Of a stretch of 64,000 nucleotides of DNA, positions 24,926 to 36,639 are shown piece by piece. The notes below the pieces were generated by a model. That model was not told the origin of the DNA. It was given only the letters and a program-made list of their open reading frames with translations, and made no database searches. The first letter of the stretch is position 1. Each line of letters opens with the position of its first letter. The translations under genes and the position numbers were made by a program. Origin of the DNA: Mobula hypostoma (taxonomy: Eukaryota). The stretch covers positions 39,620,001 through 39,684,000 of the forward strand of contig NC_086097.1 of assembly GCF_963921235.1 (NCBI RefSeq), written 5' to 3'.

Positions 24926-26609
24926 ACGCAAACAACAGGAATTCTACAGATGCTGGAAATTCAAGCAACACACATCAAAGTTGCTGGTGAACGCAGCAGG
25001 CCGGGCAGCATCTCTAGGAAGAGGTACAGTCAACGTCCAGGCCAAGACCCTTCGTCAGGACTAACTGAAGGAAGAGTTAGTAAGAGATTTGAAAGTGGGA
25101 GGGGGAGGGGGAGATCCAAAATGATAGGAGAAGACAGGAGGGGGAGGGATGGAGCCAAGAGCTGGACAGGTGATTGGCAAAGGGGATATGAGAGGATCAT
25201 GGGACAGGAGGTCCGGGGAGAAAGACAAGGGGGGGGGGAACCAGAGGATGGGAAAGGGGTATAGTCAGAGGGACAGAGGGAGAAAAAGGAGAGTGAGAGA
25301 AAGTATGTGTGTATAAAAATAAATAATGGATGGGGTACGAGGGGGAGGTGGGGCATTAGCAGAAGTTAGAGAAGTCGATGTTCATGCTATCAGGTTGGAG
25401 GCTACCCAGACGGAATATAAGGTGTTGTTCCTCCAACCTGAGTGTGGTTTCATCTTTATAGTAGAGGAGGCCGTGGATAGACATGTCAGAATGGGAATGG
25501 GACGTGGAATTAAAATGTGTGGCCACTGGGAGATCCTGCTTTTTCTGGCGGACAGAGCGTAGATGTTCAGCAAAGCGGTCTCCCAGTCTGCGTCGGGTCT
25601 CGCCAATATATAAAAGGCAACATCGGGAGCACCGGATGCAGTATATTACCCCAGCCGACTCACAGCTGAAGTGTCGCCTCACCTGAAAGGTCTGTTTGGG
25701 GCCCTGAATGGTGGTGAGGGAGGAAGTGTAAGGGCATGTGTAGCACTTGTTCCGCTTACAAGGATAAGTGCCAGGAGGGAGATCAGTGGGAAGGGATGGA
25801 GGGGACGAATAGACAAAGGAGTCGCATAGGGAGCGATCCCTGTGGAAAGCAGGGGGGGGGGAGGGAAAGATGTGCTTAGTGGTGGGATCCCATTGGAGGT
25901 GGCGGAAGTTATGGAGAATAATATGTTGGACCCGGAGGCTGGTGGGGTGGTAGGTGAGGACCAGGGGAACCCTATTCCTAGTGGAGTGGCGGGAGGATGG
26001 AGTGAGAGCAGATGTGCGTGAAATGAGGGAGATGCGTTTGAGAACAGAGTTGATAATGGAGGAAGGGAAGCCCCTTTCTTTAAAAAAGGAGGACATCTCC
26101 CTCGTCCTGGAATGAAAAGCCTCATCCTGAGAGCAGATGCGGCAGAGACGGAGGAATTGCGAGAAGGGGATGGCGTTTTTGCAAAAGACAGGGTGAGAAG
26201 AGGAATAGTCCAGGTAGCTGTGAGAGTCTGTAGGCTTATAGTAGACATCAGTAGATAAGCTGTCTCCAGAGACAGAGACAGAAAGATCTAGAAAGGGGAG
26301 GGAGGTGTCGGAAATGGACCAGGTAAACTTGAGGGCAGGGTGAAAGTTGGAGGCAAAGTTAATAAAGTCAACGAGCTCAGCATGCATGCAGGAAGCAGCG
26401 CCAATGCAGTCGTCGATGTAGCAAAGGAAAAGTGGGGGACAGATACAGGAATAGGCACGGAACATAGATTGTTCCACAAAGCCAACAAAAAGGCAGGCAT
26501 AGCTAGGACCCATACGGGTGCCCATAGCTACACCTTTAGTTTGAAGAAAGTGGGAGGAGCCAAAGGAGAAATTATTAAGAGTAAGGACTAATTCCGCTAG
26601 ATGGAGCAG
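24926..26609 (-). mobile_element. Penelope-like element, 5'-truncated, with 13-bp target-site duplication
   Basis: AGTGTATTGATTA at 24913-24925 and 26610-26622. Encodes RT C-terminal half plus GIY-YIG, followed by a pyrimidine-rich 3' UTR and terminal repeat. Confidence 0.95.
25356..26597 (-). pseudogene. PLE reverse transcriptase (C-terminal half) plus GIY-YIG endonuclease, open frame but 5'-truncated
   Basis: GVAMGTRMGPSYACLF, YIDD, LPFLD, VYYKPTD, Cys pair CKRNKCYTC, GVIYCIRCSRC..LYIGET, RFAEH. No stop in the 389-aa ORF track entry. Confidence 0.93.
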
Positions 26610-27321
26610 AGTGTATTGATTAGTTTTGAGGGGATTAATGCATTGAATGCTGAGCTTTCAGGTGAGGCGACACTTCTTGAAGAGCACCTTTGCTGTTTGG
26701 ATGTTCCAGGGTGAGTGAAGAGCCAATAAGATGGTATCTTCTGTGGACCTGTTGCTCCAGTAGGCAGATCCAAGTCACTTCTCAGGCAGGAGTTGATAGG
26801 TTTCATCACCAACCTCACTGTGGGTGTAAGTGCTACTGGATGATAGTCATTGAGGCAGGTCACCATGTTCTTCTTGGGCACCGCTTGAAACATTTGGGTA
26901 CCTCAAAATGCCAATGCGAGAGGTTAAAGATCTTAGTGAACACTCCAGCCATTTGATCAGCACAGGTCTTTTAGTACTCGGCCAGGTATCCCATTTGGGC
27001 CAAATGCTTTTCACGGGTTCACCCTCCTGAAGCCTGCTCATATGTTGGTCTTGGAGAGTGAAATCAGAGGATCACCAGGGGCTGTGGGTGTTCATGATGG
27101 TTCCTCCCTGTTTTGATGATCAAAGCAAGCATAGAAGGCATTGAGGTAGACAAAATCCAGTAAACACATTTTAATTGACTCTAAGTTAATTTCTGGACTG
27201 AATAGCACAACAATTCTAAATCTGCCATCAGCTAGGTTATGTTTAAAATTATTTCCTAAATATTGGCAATATTGAAGGCTTGTGATTGGTGTTAAGTCCC
27301 CCCTATTGTTTGTCGCCTGTG

Positions 27322-27848
27322 CTAATGATTTGGTTGAGCATGTAAGTTTGTTGATGACACCAAACATTGAAAACTAAACACAGAGTGGTGTGGACAGAGA
27401 AAAAAAGATATTTAAGAATACAAATGGGTCTGAAGGTCTGGGAAAGTGGGCCGGGGGGTGGCCGATGGAATTTAACTCAGACAGGTTTGAATTGACGGAC
27501 CTGGGAATAAGGCCAAGGCATAAATGGTAAATGACAGGACTCCGGAGGCTGTTGTAAAACAAAGACCTAGTGATAGAAAGTTCCTTAACATTGGTGACAC
27601 AGGTGGCGACGCTGATAAGAAAGGCATTTGGCATATTTGCCTTCATTGGTCAGGGCACTGAATACAGAAGCTGGGGTAACATGTTAGAGCTATATGAGAC
27701 AATGGTGAGACAACACTTGAAGTATGGTGTTGTAGTTCTGATCACCTAGCTCATGGAAGGATGTCATTAAGCTTGAGAAGGTGCAGAAAAGAATCACAAG
27801 GATGCTGCCAGCACTGGATAGCCTGAGATATAATGAGAGGCTGCAGAC
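27322..27848 (+). mobile_element. Decayed CR1 RT/C-terminus; continues at about 30268-30462 after a Gypsy insertion
   Basis: KFVDDTK, RQHLKYG, EKVQKRITRMLP. 3' UTR GGGCCTGTTCGTGTGCTGTACTGTTCTATG near 30430-30460. Confidence 0.75.
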
Positions 27849-27851
27849 ATT

Positions 27852-28078
27852 GCTGTAGTGTATTTAAAATTTCAGTAGTATTTTAGCAAAATTGTAAAGA
27901 TAGTGTTTGATTAAGCATTCTTTATTGTTTACGTAATTTATTATGGTATATATGTAAGAAGCACGTTAATGGCATATGTCATTATGCCACCGTGTCACAT
28001 GTGAGCACCTCACTAAAAGAAAACTAATTACACAAATATCTCCGGCTGCTGTGTTTTTCTGGAGTTGCAAAACATAAC
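27852..28078 (+). mobile_element. Putative 5' LTR of Ty3/Gypsy relic
   Basis: TG...CATAACA bounded AT-rich block followed by a PBS-like GTGGTGATG. Pol remnants lie downstream in the same orientation. Confidence 0.5.
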
Positions 28079-28121
28079 AGTGGTGATGTGGGAGTTTTAA
28101 AAGGAACCTGAGATGACTACT

Positions 28122-29030
28122 TGTCACAAGGTGGTGGCTGCGAACGGATCCAAGTGCAAGACACAGACACTGAAGTACTAGGGACAGGACTAGGATACAG
28201 GGTGAGGGCTAGGACATGGACACAAAAACCGGGAACCCAGAACAGGACTGGACAAGAGAGCTAGGAGCCCTGGCTTGGACTCTGAGCCAGAGACTGGACA
28301 AGGACCCAGAACCTGGGTCTTGCCTCTGGCTCAGACCCCAGAACTAGGCAAGGACGTGACTTGGCTGGCAGGCAGGACGAGGCTGGAGTCTTCAGACTTG
28401 AGGCGAGGCTTGAGACCAGTGACTTGGGGCGAGGCTTGAGACCAGTGACTTGGGGCAAGGCTTGAGACCAGAGACTGGAGGCGAGGCTTGAGACCAGTGA
28501 CTTGGGGCAAGGCTTGAGACCAGAGACTGGAGGCGAGGCTTGAGACCAGAGACTTGAGGTGAGGCTTGAGACCAGAGACTTGAGGCTCCTCCTGGTCAGG
28601 GCGCGGATCTCCACCCGATGGAGGCAAGGGACAGGAAGGGACAGAACCAACCGCAGGGTAACCGCAATCTGGCCTGACTTACCCGACAGAGGCAAGGGAC
28701 AGGATGCATCGCAGGGTAACGGCAATCTGGCCTGGCTTACCCGACGGAGGAAAGGGACAGGAAGGGAGCTAGGTTCAGGGTGGCTCCAAGACAAGACTTC
28801 TGGCAAGACAAAGCGAGAGTTACCAGCAAGACAAGCCAAGGCTTCAGGCAATGCAAGGTGAGACAAGAACTTCTGGCGAGATGAGAATTACCAACAAGAC
28901 AAGGCAAGGCTTCAGACAAGGAAACAGAAGGCAGGGAAAGGGATACAAGGAGTAAGGACAAGAACAATCCAGCAGCCACCCCCTGGTCTCTGGAGGTATT
29001 TATGCAGCCAACCCCCTGGCTCATCTGATT
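28122..29030 (-). mobile_element. Antisense LTR-like fragment with internal minisatellite
   Basis: Minus strand has a TATA-like CATAAATA near 29000 and ends ...TTGTGACA at 28122. Internally repetitive. Confidence 0.55.
28396..28586. repeat. 26-bp minisatellite, about 7.3 copies
   Basis: Unit ACTTG(A/G)GGC(G/A)AGGCTTGAGACCAG(T/A)G, head to tail with no spacers. Confidence 0.95.
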
Positions 29031-30268
29031 CGGTCATTCCACAAAATGAGTTTGAGCAACATTTCAAAGATACTGAACTGAAGCCTGCAGTTATCTAACT
29101 TTTACTGGAAAAAATAACTCCGGTGGGAATGACATTTGTAACAGTGAAATACAGCAACCAACAAGCCATATTGGGGTTGTACAGGAGGGCCAGCATTGTG
29201 GGGTTGTGAGTGACTGAGACAGCTACAACTTGATTGGAGATCCATCCACCATTTGCATGCCTCATTCCCTGCAACAGAGTCAAATGAAAGCAAATTAAAA
29301 AAGGTTCTGCATGATGCCACAGTAGTGCTCAAGGAAACTGAAACATATTGAGGGTAAAATAGCATTAAATGAAAATGCCACACCCAAGTTTTACAAAACC
29401 CATCCAATACCTTATACTATCTGTCATAAAGTAGCTAATGATCTTGATTGCAGGAAGGCCAAAGGAATTCTTTCCAAGGCTGAGAGAAGCCCGTAGGCAC
29501 CTCCGGTGGTCCGAGTAGCCAAGAAGGATGGGTCTGTCAGGATCTGTAGTGATTTTAAGATCGCCATCAACCCAGGTTCATTTTTGGCAAGGCGTAGCAC
29601 CTGCTTAGCCCCCAACTTCCTCGCTGATCCGGATCACATGAAGCCATGGGAACAGGTGGAGAATGGCCATATGAGCAGCTGGTGCATATCGCAAGCCCTG
29701 GTTATGCAACCACTGATGCCAAGCAGACCATTCTGAAGAGTCACCTGACTTGTAAAGACACTATCCAGAAGAAGGCAATGGAAAACCACTTCTGCAGAAT
29801 TTGCCAAGAACAATGATGGTCATAGACCATGACCACGTATGTCATGCTACACAGCACATAATGATGGTGATGATGACCATCCCAGTACTGAAAGTATACT
29901 AGTAACCTCTGCCCAGGGTAGAGGATATCTTGATATCTGTTATCATGATAAAGGGCTTTATCATGATAATAGGCTTGTTTTTGGAGTAGCACCTGCACCT
30001 GCACCCTGGTAAAACCCTATGGACCAGGTACTGCAAGGCTGCCCAGGCTCTCAGTGCTACCTGGATGACATCATTGTTACTGGTGGGGATGACAAGGAAC
30101 ATCTCCAAGACAGTGTTAAAAAGATTAGATTAGAAGATTAAGGACTCAGAGCATTATGCAACAAGTGTGAATTCTTTAAACCGAGCATCACTCACTATGA
30201 TCATACCACTGACACATAAGAATTACATGAGTATGCTGGGAAATTCCAAGCAGTTGTGAATGCTCCAA
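29030..30268 (+). mobile_element. Ty3/Gypsy pol relic (protease end to RT)
   Basis: VAKKDGSVRICSDFKIAINP (29510-29575), FGVAPAP, CYLDDIIVTGGDDKEHLQ (about 30055-30108). Confidence 0.85.
29577..29876 (+). mobile_element. Short SINE-like insertion with RTE-type tail inside Gypsy pol
   Basis: Interrupts AINP|VLK with an imperfect CCATC(AA)CCCAG duplication. Contains GAAGAAGGCAATGGAAAACCACTTC and an (ATG)n tail. Confidence 0.5.
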
Positions 30269-30624
30269 GAGTGGTGGGTGCCTGGGGTGGTGGTAGATGC
30301 AGATACATTAGAAACTTTTAAGAGATGTTCAGTTAGGCACAGGATATGGACAACGTGTAAGCAGAGGAGATTCGTTTAGTTGACCATTTGATTACTGATT
30401 TAATTGGTTCGTGCAACATTGTGAGCTGAAGGGCCTGTTCGTGTGCTGTACTGTTCTATGTTGAATGTGGCATGTTCAAGGACACCATTTCACTTTCCCA
30501 ACATGGGACACGATGTGTACCGGCTGAGAGACCAGGAAAACAATAAGCAAAATTGAAGAATGCCGTATTGTCTCAAAAGTAAATACATTGATCACACTTT
30601 CCCAATCCACAAAGGGTCACTTGC

Positions 30625-30970
30625 TATACTGAAGTAATCTTCCAAGGTCGGGTATGTAAGAAGGGCCCATAGGATCACTGGGGACCCGAGTCACCCCAAC
30701 CACAATCTATTCCAGCTGCTACCATCCAGGAAACGGTACTGCAGCATAAAAGCCAGGACCAACGGGCTCCGGGACAGCTTCTTCCACCAGGCCATCAGAA
30801 TGATGAACTCATGGTGATTGGAGTGTACTCTATATTCCATTGACTGTTCTATTTATTAGAAATTATTATAAATTACTATGATTGCATATTTAGATGGAGA
30901 CATAACGTAAAGATTTTTACTTCTCATGTTTGTGAAGGATGTAAGAAATAAAGTCAATTCAGTTCAATTC
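30625..30970 (+). mobile_element. Rex1/Babar-like 3' end
   Basis: DPSHPNHNLFQLLPSRKRY..DSFFHQAIR, AATAAA and (AATTC)n tail. Confidence 0.8.
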
Positions 30971-30974
30971 ACTA

Positions 30975-31290
30975 GTTGCTCTCCATGTTCACATTTTTTT
31001 TGAGCACAGTCGTCAACCAGAGATTTCCAGTGAATTTTGATAAATTGAGACGCGAGTCCTTGGCTATGTTTCAGCTTCTGATGGCTGGTCAGAGGAGCAT
31101 GATTGACAAAGCTGTGACTGAAGAAGTATGTAATTTTGATCCGCACGTAAGTGGCTTAGGTTGTTTGTATGTAGTTCCACCTGCAGTGTCTTCCTCCTTC
31201 CCAGAGCTGAGGAAGGTGCCATTGATTTTCACGCTGACCGACTTCATTTTCTTTGGAAGTCAATAAAGCATATCTTTTCTTCCATATCTC
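30975..31290 (-). mobile_element. Very degraded RT fragment (RTE-like)
   Basis: CFIDFQ and LVDDCA remnants on the minus strand. Confidence 0.35.
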
Positions 31291-33616
31291 TTTCTTAATT
31301 AAACAGTGGAAGTTGGTTCATGATAAATGATTCCCCTGGCCAAGCAAAGATAGATATCCCTTTTTCAATATGATCTTGTTTAGTATTCAGGATCCAAAAT
31401 GAATACTTCATTTGTAACTTTGGCCTGCTTAGAATTCTACTCACTCCCTGGGAAGGTACAATGATTCACAAGATTACCGCAATAGCCTAAAATCTTGTGT
31501 GCCTGAAATATTCATAAGGTCTGCAGTAGCTTAAAATATGCCATTCAGATGGGCTATAAAATCTAATGGCATTCCTTTAACATGAATCATTCATGGTGGA
31601 TAAAGGCAATAATTAATATGACAATTATTGCTTAAAATCAATTGTCAAAATCAAAACCTAGTTAATTCAATGAATTGTTCAATTGAGTTGTATCAAGTTT
31701 TGCATTCTCTATGTGGAAAGTCCACTGTAACTTACATAGTCAGTTCCTATACCAGAGAGGTAAAGATCTCACTTTCTGTGCAGTATTCTAAATTGAAACA
31801 AATATCAAAAATATGTGCAGCTATTGCCACACAAACCTTGTGTCTTTATGTTAGACCCTGGAAAACATTAGTTTCCTATCCAAGATATTACAACTCTTTA
31901 ACTTGCTCCCAAAACCTTCCCTTCTGCTTCCAACTCCTTCCTTGGTCTACACACCATTTACAAGCTGTCCTTGAATATTATTCAGGCATTTTGAATTCAT
32001 TGTCACCATATCTCTAACTTCTATTGCAATTGTACGGTTCTGCTACGCACTCAAACTGTCAGTATGGCAATATATTTTTGGTGAGATGTAATCAGTAGAA
32101 CTGAACATAAATGTGAATGCTTATGCTTTATTAACATTCCTATGTCCCTGGCCTTGATGCTATCAAATTCCTTGAATGTTGCTTTGGTTTAAGGCAAGTA
32201 GCAAGTTAGCTGTTCTTAACTCAGCTTGCTCTTCATTTCTGCACTGTTTCTTCACCCTTGTGGTCTTGCTCATCTCTACATTTTCCCTTATGGCAGATGA
32301 AACCTCAGCTACTTGCCTTCACCGCCTGGTGGCCCAGTTTCTGCTTCCTTCTTTCTTTCTGAGGCAAGTCCCTTGGATTGAGAACGGCTTGTTCTACTTC
32401 AGTTTTGTCGGGTCCTGTTGGGACCAACAGCAGACTTTGCCTCAGGTAATGCAGAGTTTGCTGTACTCTCCTGTAATAAGAGTTTTCTCTTTTTCTCCCT
32501 GCCTGATATTCCAGGTTACCCTCTAAAAATCATCAACTAAAACTTCTAACTTTGCAACTTCTGGCTTCAGATTTTCTGTTGGCAATTGCCCTGAGATACC
32601 ATTTTGGATGACTCACACAGAGCAACGTGAGTAAAATCATACCAGTGACTGCTATTTTAATTTATATTGGAGGAACACATTCCCAAAATATCAAAATGGA
32701 TCTTACAGAAATTTCGTGCAAATAAACTAAAAGTTGTGCTTTCATGCTTTTGACAGCATTTGCTTTATTTGTAATGCCTTTGCATACCTGGAGGTGAGTT
32801 TTCCAGTGGCTGGTTCTTCTAATTTGTTCCAGACATTTAGAAGAAAAGTTCTTTGCTCTAAGCCAGTTATCCTTTGAGTATATCCTTGACAGGCTGCTTA
32901 TTTGAGCATGGATCCTTTACATTCTGAGGCTTGAGGCATATTCCTACACATTAGGGCATGTTGGCTTGCTGTCATGAGGAAAAGCAGGTACCAAGGGATC
33001 ATTCCCTTTCTGATCTGTGGATGAATTAAATTATGCAGTTTTTAAGACCCCATACATTGTGGAAGATTGCACCATACACTGTCCAGATGAATTTCAGAGA
33101 GGTGGAGAGGAAGCCCATCTCCAATTGCCTCCTCTTTATTGCTTTAATTTCTGGTGGCCATCTCCTTCATACAACCGTCTCTGCCCCTTTCACCATCCTA
33201 CCCTTAGCATGAACCTGATACAGCTGAATCTTCATCTGGTGTTCTCACTGCTAATGGATGATAACTTGGGATGTGTTGTTGATAGTGAAGGAAGTTATTG
33301 TAGATGACAATGGGATCTTGATCATTTAGGTAAGTGGGCCAGGGAATGGCAAATGGATTCCAATACAGATAGATGTGAGGGTGAGTAGGGTTATACGGTA
33401 TGAATAGAAGGGCACTAGGGAGTGTAATGGAGTACATGGAGAATGGTGTATGGTTTTGGCCACCTTGACATATGGAAAGAAATAAGAGTAATGGCCATGA
33501 ACATTGGGAAGATGAGCAATTGTTAACCATTCCTTTCTGCTTCATTTGGAAGACACTTTGCAATAGTATCTTCTGATGCATGCACACAAGATTCATTAAA
33601 ACTTGCCGTACATTCA

Positions 33617-33721
33617 CAAACAAGAGAAAATCTACAGATGCTGGAAATCCAAGCAACACCACACAACATTTTGGAGGAACTCAGCAGGCCAGGCAGCATC
33701 TAAGGAAAAGTGTGTGTTGCT
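33617..33721 (-). mobile_element. Penelope-like tail-only insertion
   Basis: GTACATTCA direct repeat at 33608-33616 and 33722-33730 flanks the PLE terminal block plus a short inverted GTGTGTGTTGC. Confidence 0.75.
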
Positions 33722-33781
33722 GTACATTCAGTTGGTCTGCTCCAAACCAGTGTCATAGTCGTCTTTCAACTCTTCTACTGT

Positions 33782-34290
33782 GAATAGGAGGGATGTGGAT
33801 ACTACAGAGAGAGTGCGGAGCAGATTTACAAGGATGTTGCCTGGATTGGAGAGCATGCCTTATGAGAATAGGTTGAGTGAACTTGGCCTTTTCTCCTTGG
33901 AGCGACAGAGGATGAGAGATGACCTGACAGAGGTGTATAAGATGATGAGAAGCATTGATCGTGTGGGTAGCTAGAGGATTTTTCCCAGGGCTGAAATGGC
34001 TAACATGAGGGAGCATAGTTTTAAGGTGTTTTAACGTAGGTACAGAGGGAATATCAGGGGTATGTTTTTCACACAAAGAGTGGTGGGTGCGTGGAATGCA
34101 CTGCCAGTGACGGCAGTGGAAGTGTATACAACAGGGTCTTTGAAGAGACTCTTAGGTAGGTACATGGGGCTTAGAAAAATAGAAGGCTATACGATAGGGA
34201 AATTCTAGGCAGTTTCTAGAATAGGTTACATGGTTGGCACAACATTGTGGTTCGAAGGCCTGTAATGTGCTGCAGATGTCTTTGTTCTTT
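33782..34290 (+). mobile_element. CR1 3' fragment (same subfamily as 1-3478)
   Basis: RFTRMLPGLESMPYENRLSELGLFSLE, colinear with 2980-3478. Confidence 0.9.
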
Positions 34291-34327
34291 GGAGTCTGGC
34301 TTAACACTTGACAATTTCTATGTGATA

Positions 34328-34531
34328 TGTTGTTGCTGTCCCTTTTCACACCTTCTGGCACATCAGGTGGCATTTTGCCATGTTCATAGCATTTGACTTT
34401 TTTTTTGTATGAGGCCGAGTTGCTAGCTTGACGCGCAACACAGCATGAATGGGAAGTGTGCAAGGAGCCGGCCAGATTCGAACTTGAGACCACTTGCTTC
34501 AAAGTCCAGTGCTGATGCACCACCAGCCGAC
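34328..34531 (-). mobile_element. tRNA-derived SINE
   Basis: Minus strand GGCTGGTGGTGC (A-box-like) ... AAGTTCGAATC (B box), short CAA tail. Confidence 0.55.
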
Positions 34532-35387
34532 TTCATGATGTGTTAGCACCCTGATATTTTCTGGTTCTATTCTTGACACACGGAACAATTTTCTGTAGCA
34601 GTGGGGGAAGTTGTTTTGAGGGTCTGTCTCAGATTCAGATACCTTCCCTCATTATAATCACACTGCATTTCAACGGGAGAATTAATGGCTGTGTTAGAGG
34701 ACTAACATGAAAGATGACACTTCACAAGTTTGGGGAATGTGTACACTCATTAGTGAAGGTGACAGAGATCTGGGGATAGAAGAACAAACAGTGTCTAATT
34801 TCAGTGTTCACTGTGACTCTCTATAGGATACTAGTATCACACAAGAGCATGCAGGGCACACTTGTCTGTGTGATTAATCAGTTTCAACACTTCGCTGCTG
34901 TTGCCCCTCCCTGTGCTGCGCTTGTCAGATCATTGGACTCTCTGCAACATCCCTGAAATGCTCTGCTGCTTAGAAATGTTCCCACGCACGGCCTTTTTAA
35001 TACAGTAGCTCTTCTACCTCAGTGTTCAGGTACTTTGCATTGTTGCAAGAGGTACAGTTGTGTTATTTTACAATTTTTACTAAAACCAGATGGTCTTCTT
35101 TTACTTTCCTTTGCTGTTGTAACTTCCTGGTGACTGATATTTACCTTTAATTACAGAGAGCTTTTAACTCACAGAGTATTCTGCTTCTGCAACTTCTGTG
35201 CATATGTTTTCTAATCCTCCAAATGCTTTTTACGATCAGACTTAGAATTTATTATCACTGACATATGTTGCAAATTTTTTTTTTGCAGCAGCAGTACAAT
35301 GACATGGGTATTGACAGGATTATGACAACGTCTCTCCCAATTGGATTTCAATCATTTAATCACAGGGCTTCTGATGAGCCCTTTTTA

Positions 35388-36110
35388 AATTCAAGATTAA
35401 GTTTAAGTTTGCTGTCCTCTGACTGCACTGATTATACAACCAAATGAAACAATATTCTTCTGGACCATGGTGCGCCCATGCGGTATATATCACACACAGC
35501 AAATAAACCAAAGTATTATACTATGAATAAGTTAATGAAGTATAATTCAAAATGCATGTAGTAAAGTGCAGCACAGGTAACAGTAAACAGTTTGCTGTCC
35601 TAGTGACGAGACCTCGATGGTGGCAGGGTTTCCATTTGTCTCACAGCCTGAGAGACGAAGCTGTTACCCACTCTGGCAGTCCTAGTCCTGATTCTCCTGT
35701 AGCTTGTTCCTGATGGTGGTGGGTCAAAGAGATTGTAGGATGGGTGGTGGGGACCCCAACAGAGCTTTGGGCTCTTCGTCTGCACTACTCTGGGTAAATG
35801 TCACAAATATGGGGGAGGGAGACTGTGATGATCGTCTTGCTGGTTTTTACTGTCATCTACGCAGTCTTGTCATCTGATACCTTGCAGCTTCTGTACCACA
35901 CAATGATGTAGCCAGACAGGACACTCTCTATGGTGCTCCTGTAGAAAGTTGTTACAATGTGTGCAGGGAGCCTTGCACACCTCAATCTCCTCAGAAAGTA
36001 TAGACGCTGCTTTGCCTTCATGATTAGTGAGGAGGTGTTATGGGTCCAGGTTAGGTCATCCGTTATGTCCACACTAAGGAACTTTGTGCTCTTCACTCCC
36101 TCCAAGGTGC
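35388..36110 (-). mobile_element. Rex1/Babar-like 3' fragment
   Basis: KFLSVDITDDLTW, KAKQRLYFLRRLR, FYRSTIESVL. Confidence 0.85.
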
Positions 36111-36639
36111 GTTCCTTGCATTCGTGATTCATCTTTTATCCAAGACAATTGTATACAATTTAATATTATTCAATGAAATTTAATGCCTGCTTTTGTAATT
36201 TGTTGTAGATTCTCGTATGGAATGACCGTGGGTTAGTTGTCTGTATTTTTAATCTGTTGTATTATTTGAAAATGTGTTGCTGGTATAGACTGTTTATATG
36301 TTGATAGTTTATTGCAAATTCATAAGATAAATGTTGTGTCCACATTATAATAGGACGATCAAATAAGTGAAGATAGTTCAGGAAATCAAGTAGAAAAACA
36401 CGTATTAATTTGTAGGGGTATAAATTTAAACCACAAGAGTCAAAATGAGAGACAAGGAAGTAAAGGGTAAAACTAAGTTGTCCTTCACATCACAGAGACA
36501 TGAAACTCCAGGTTTAGGCTGATATGTAAAATATTTTAATGACCCCACAGCCTGGGAAACAAGAAACACTATTATTCACGCAAAATAGTAAGACCTAAAA
36601 CACATTAATTTCTACACCTATTATAAAATATTTTTGCAC

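Larger units (their letters stand above)
23684..27150 (-). mobile_element. Rex1/Babar-like LINE (RT and 3' end) split by a Penelope insertion
   Basis: CLNDYHPVALT (26597-26893), SLCNWILDF, KFADDT, (ACTTTGA)n tail near 23684-23705. The reading frame KLINTLQD is rejoined across the TSD. Confidence 0.88.

Noticed and set aside
25028..25062. Functional hammerhead in the long PLE copy
   Set aside because: GAAA box altered to GGA. Copies near 40265 (CUGCCGA), 47781 (CUAAUGA), 41690 and 8560 also have core mutations, so they are treated as relics.
28396..28586. CRISPR-like regularly spaced repeats
   Set aside because: Units are head to tail with no unique spacers, there are no cas genes, and the context is eukaryotic. 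It is a minisatellite.
28261..28866. 201-aa repetitive ORF as a real protein
   Set aside because: Produced by the 26-bp repeat cycling through frames; no recognisable domain.
34440..34531. tRNA gene
   Set aside because: B box is present but no complete cloverleaf can be drawn; better explained as a SINE head.
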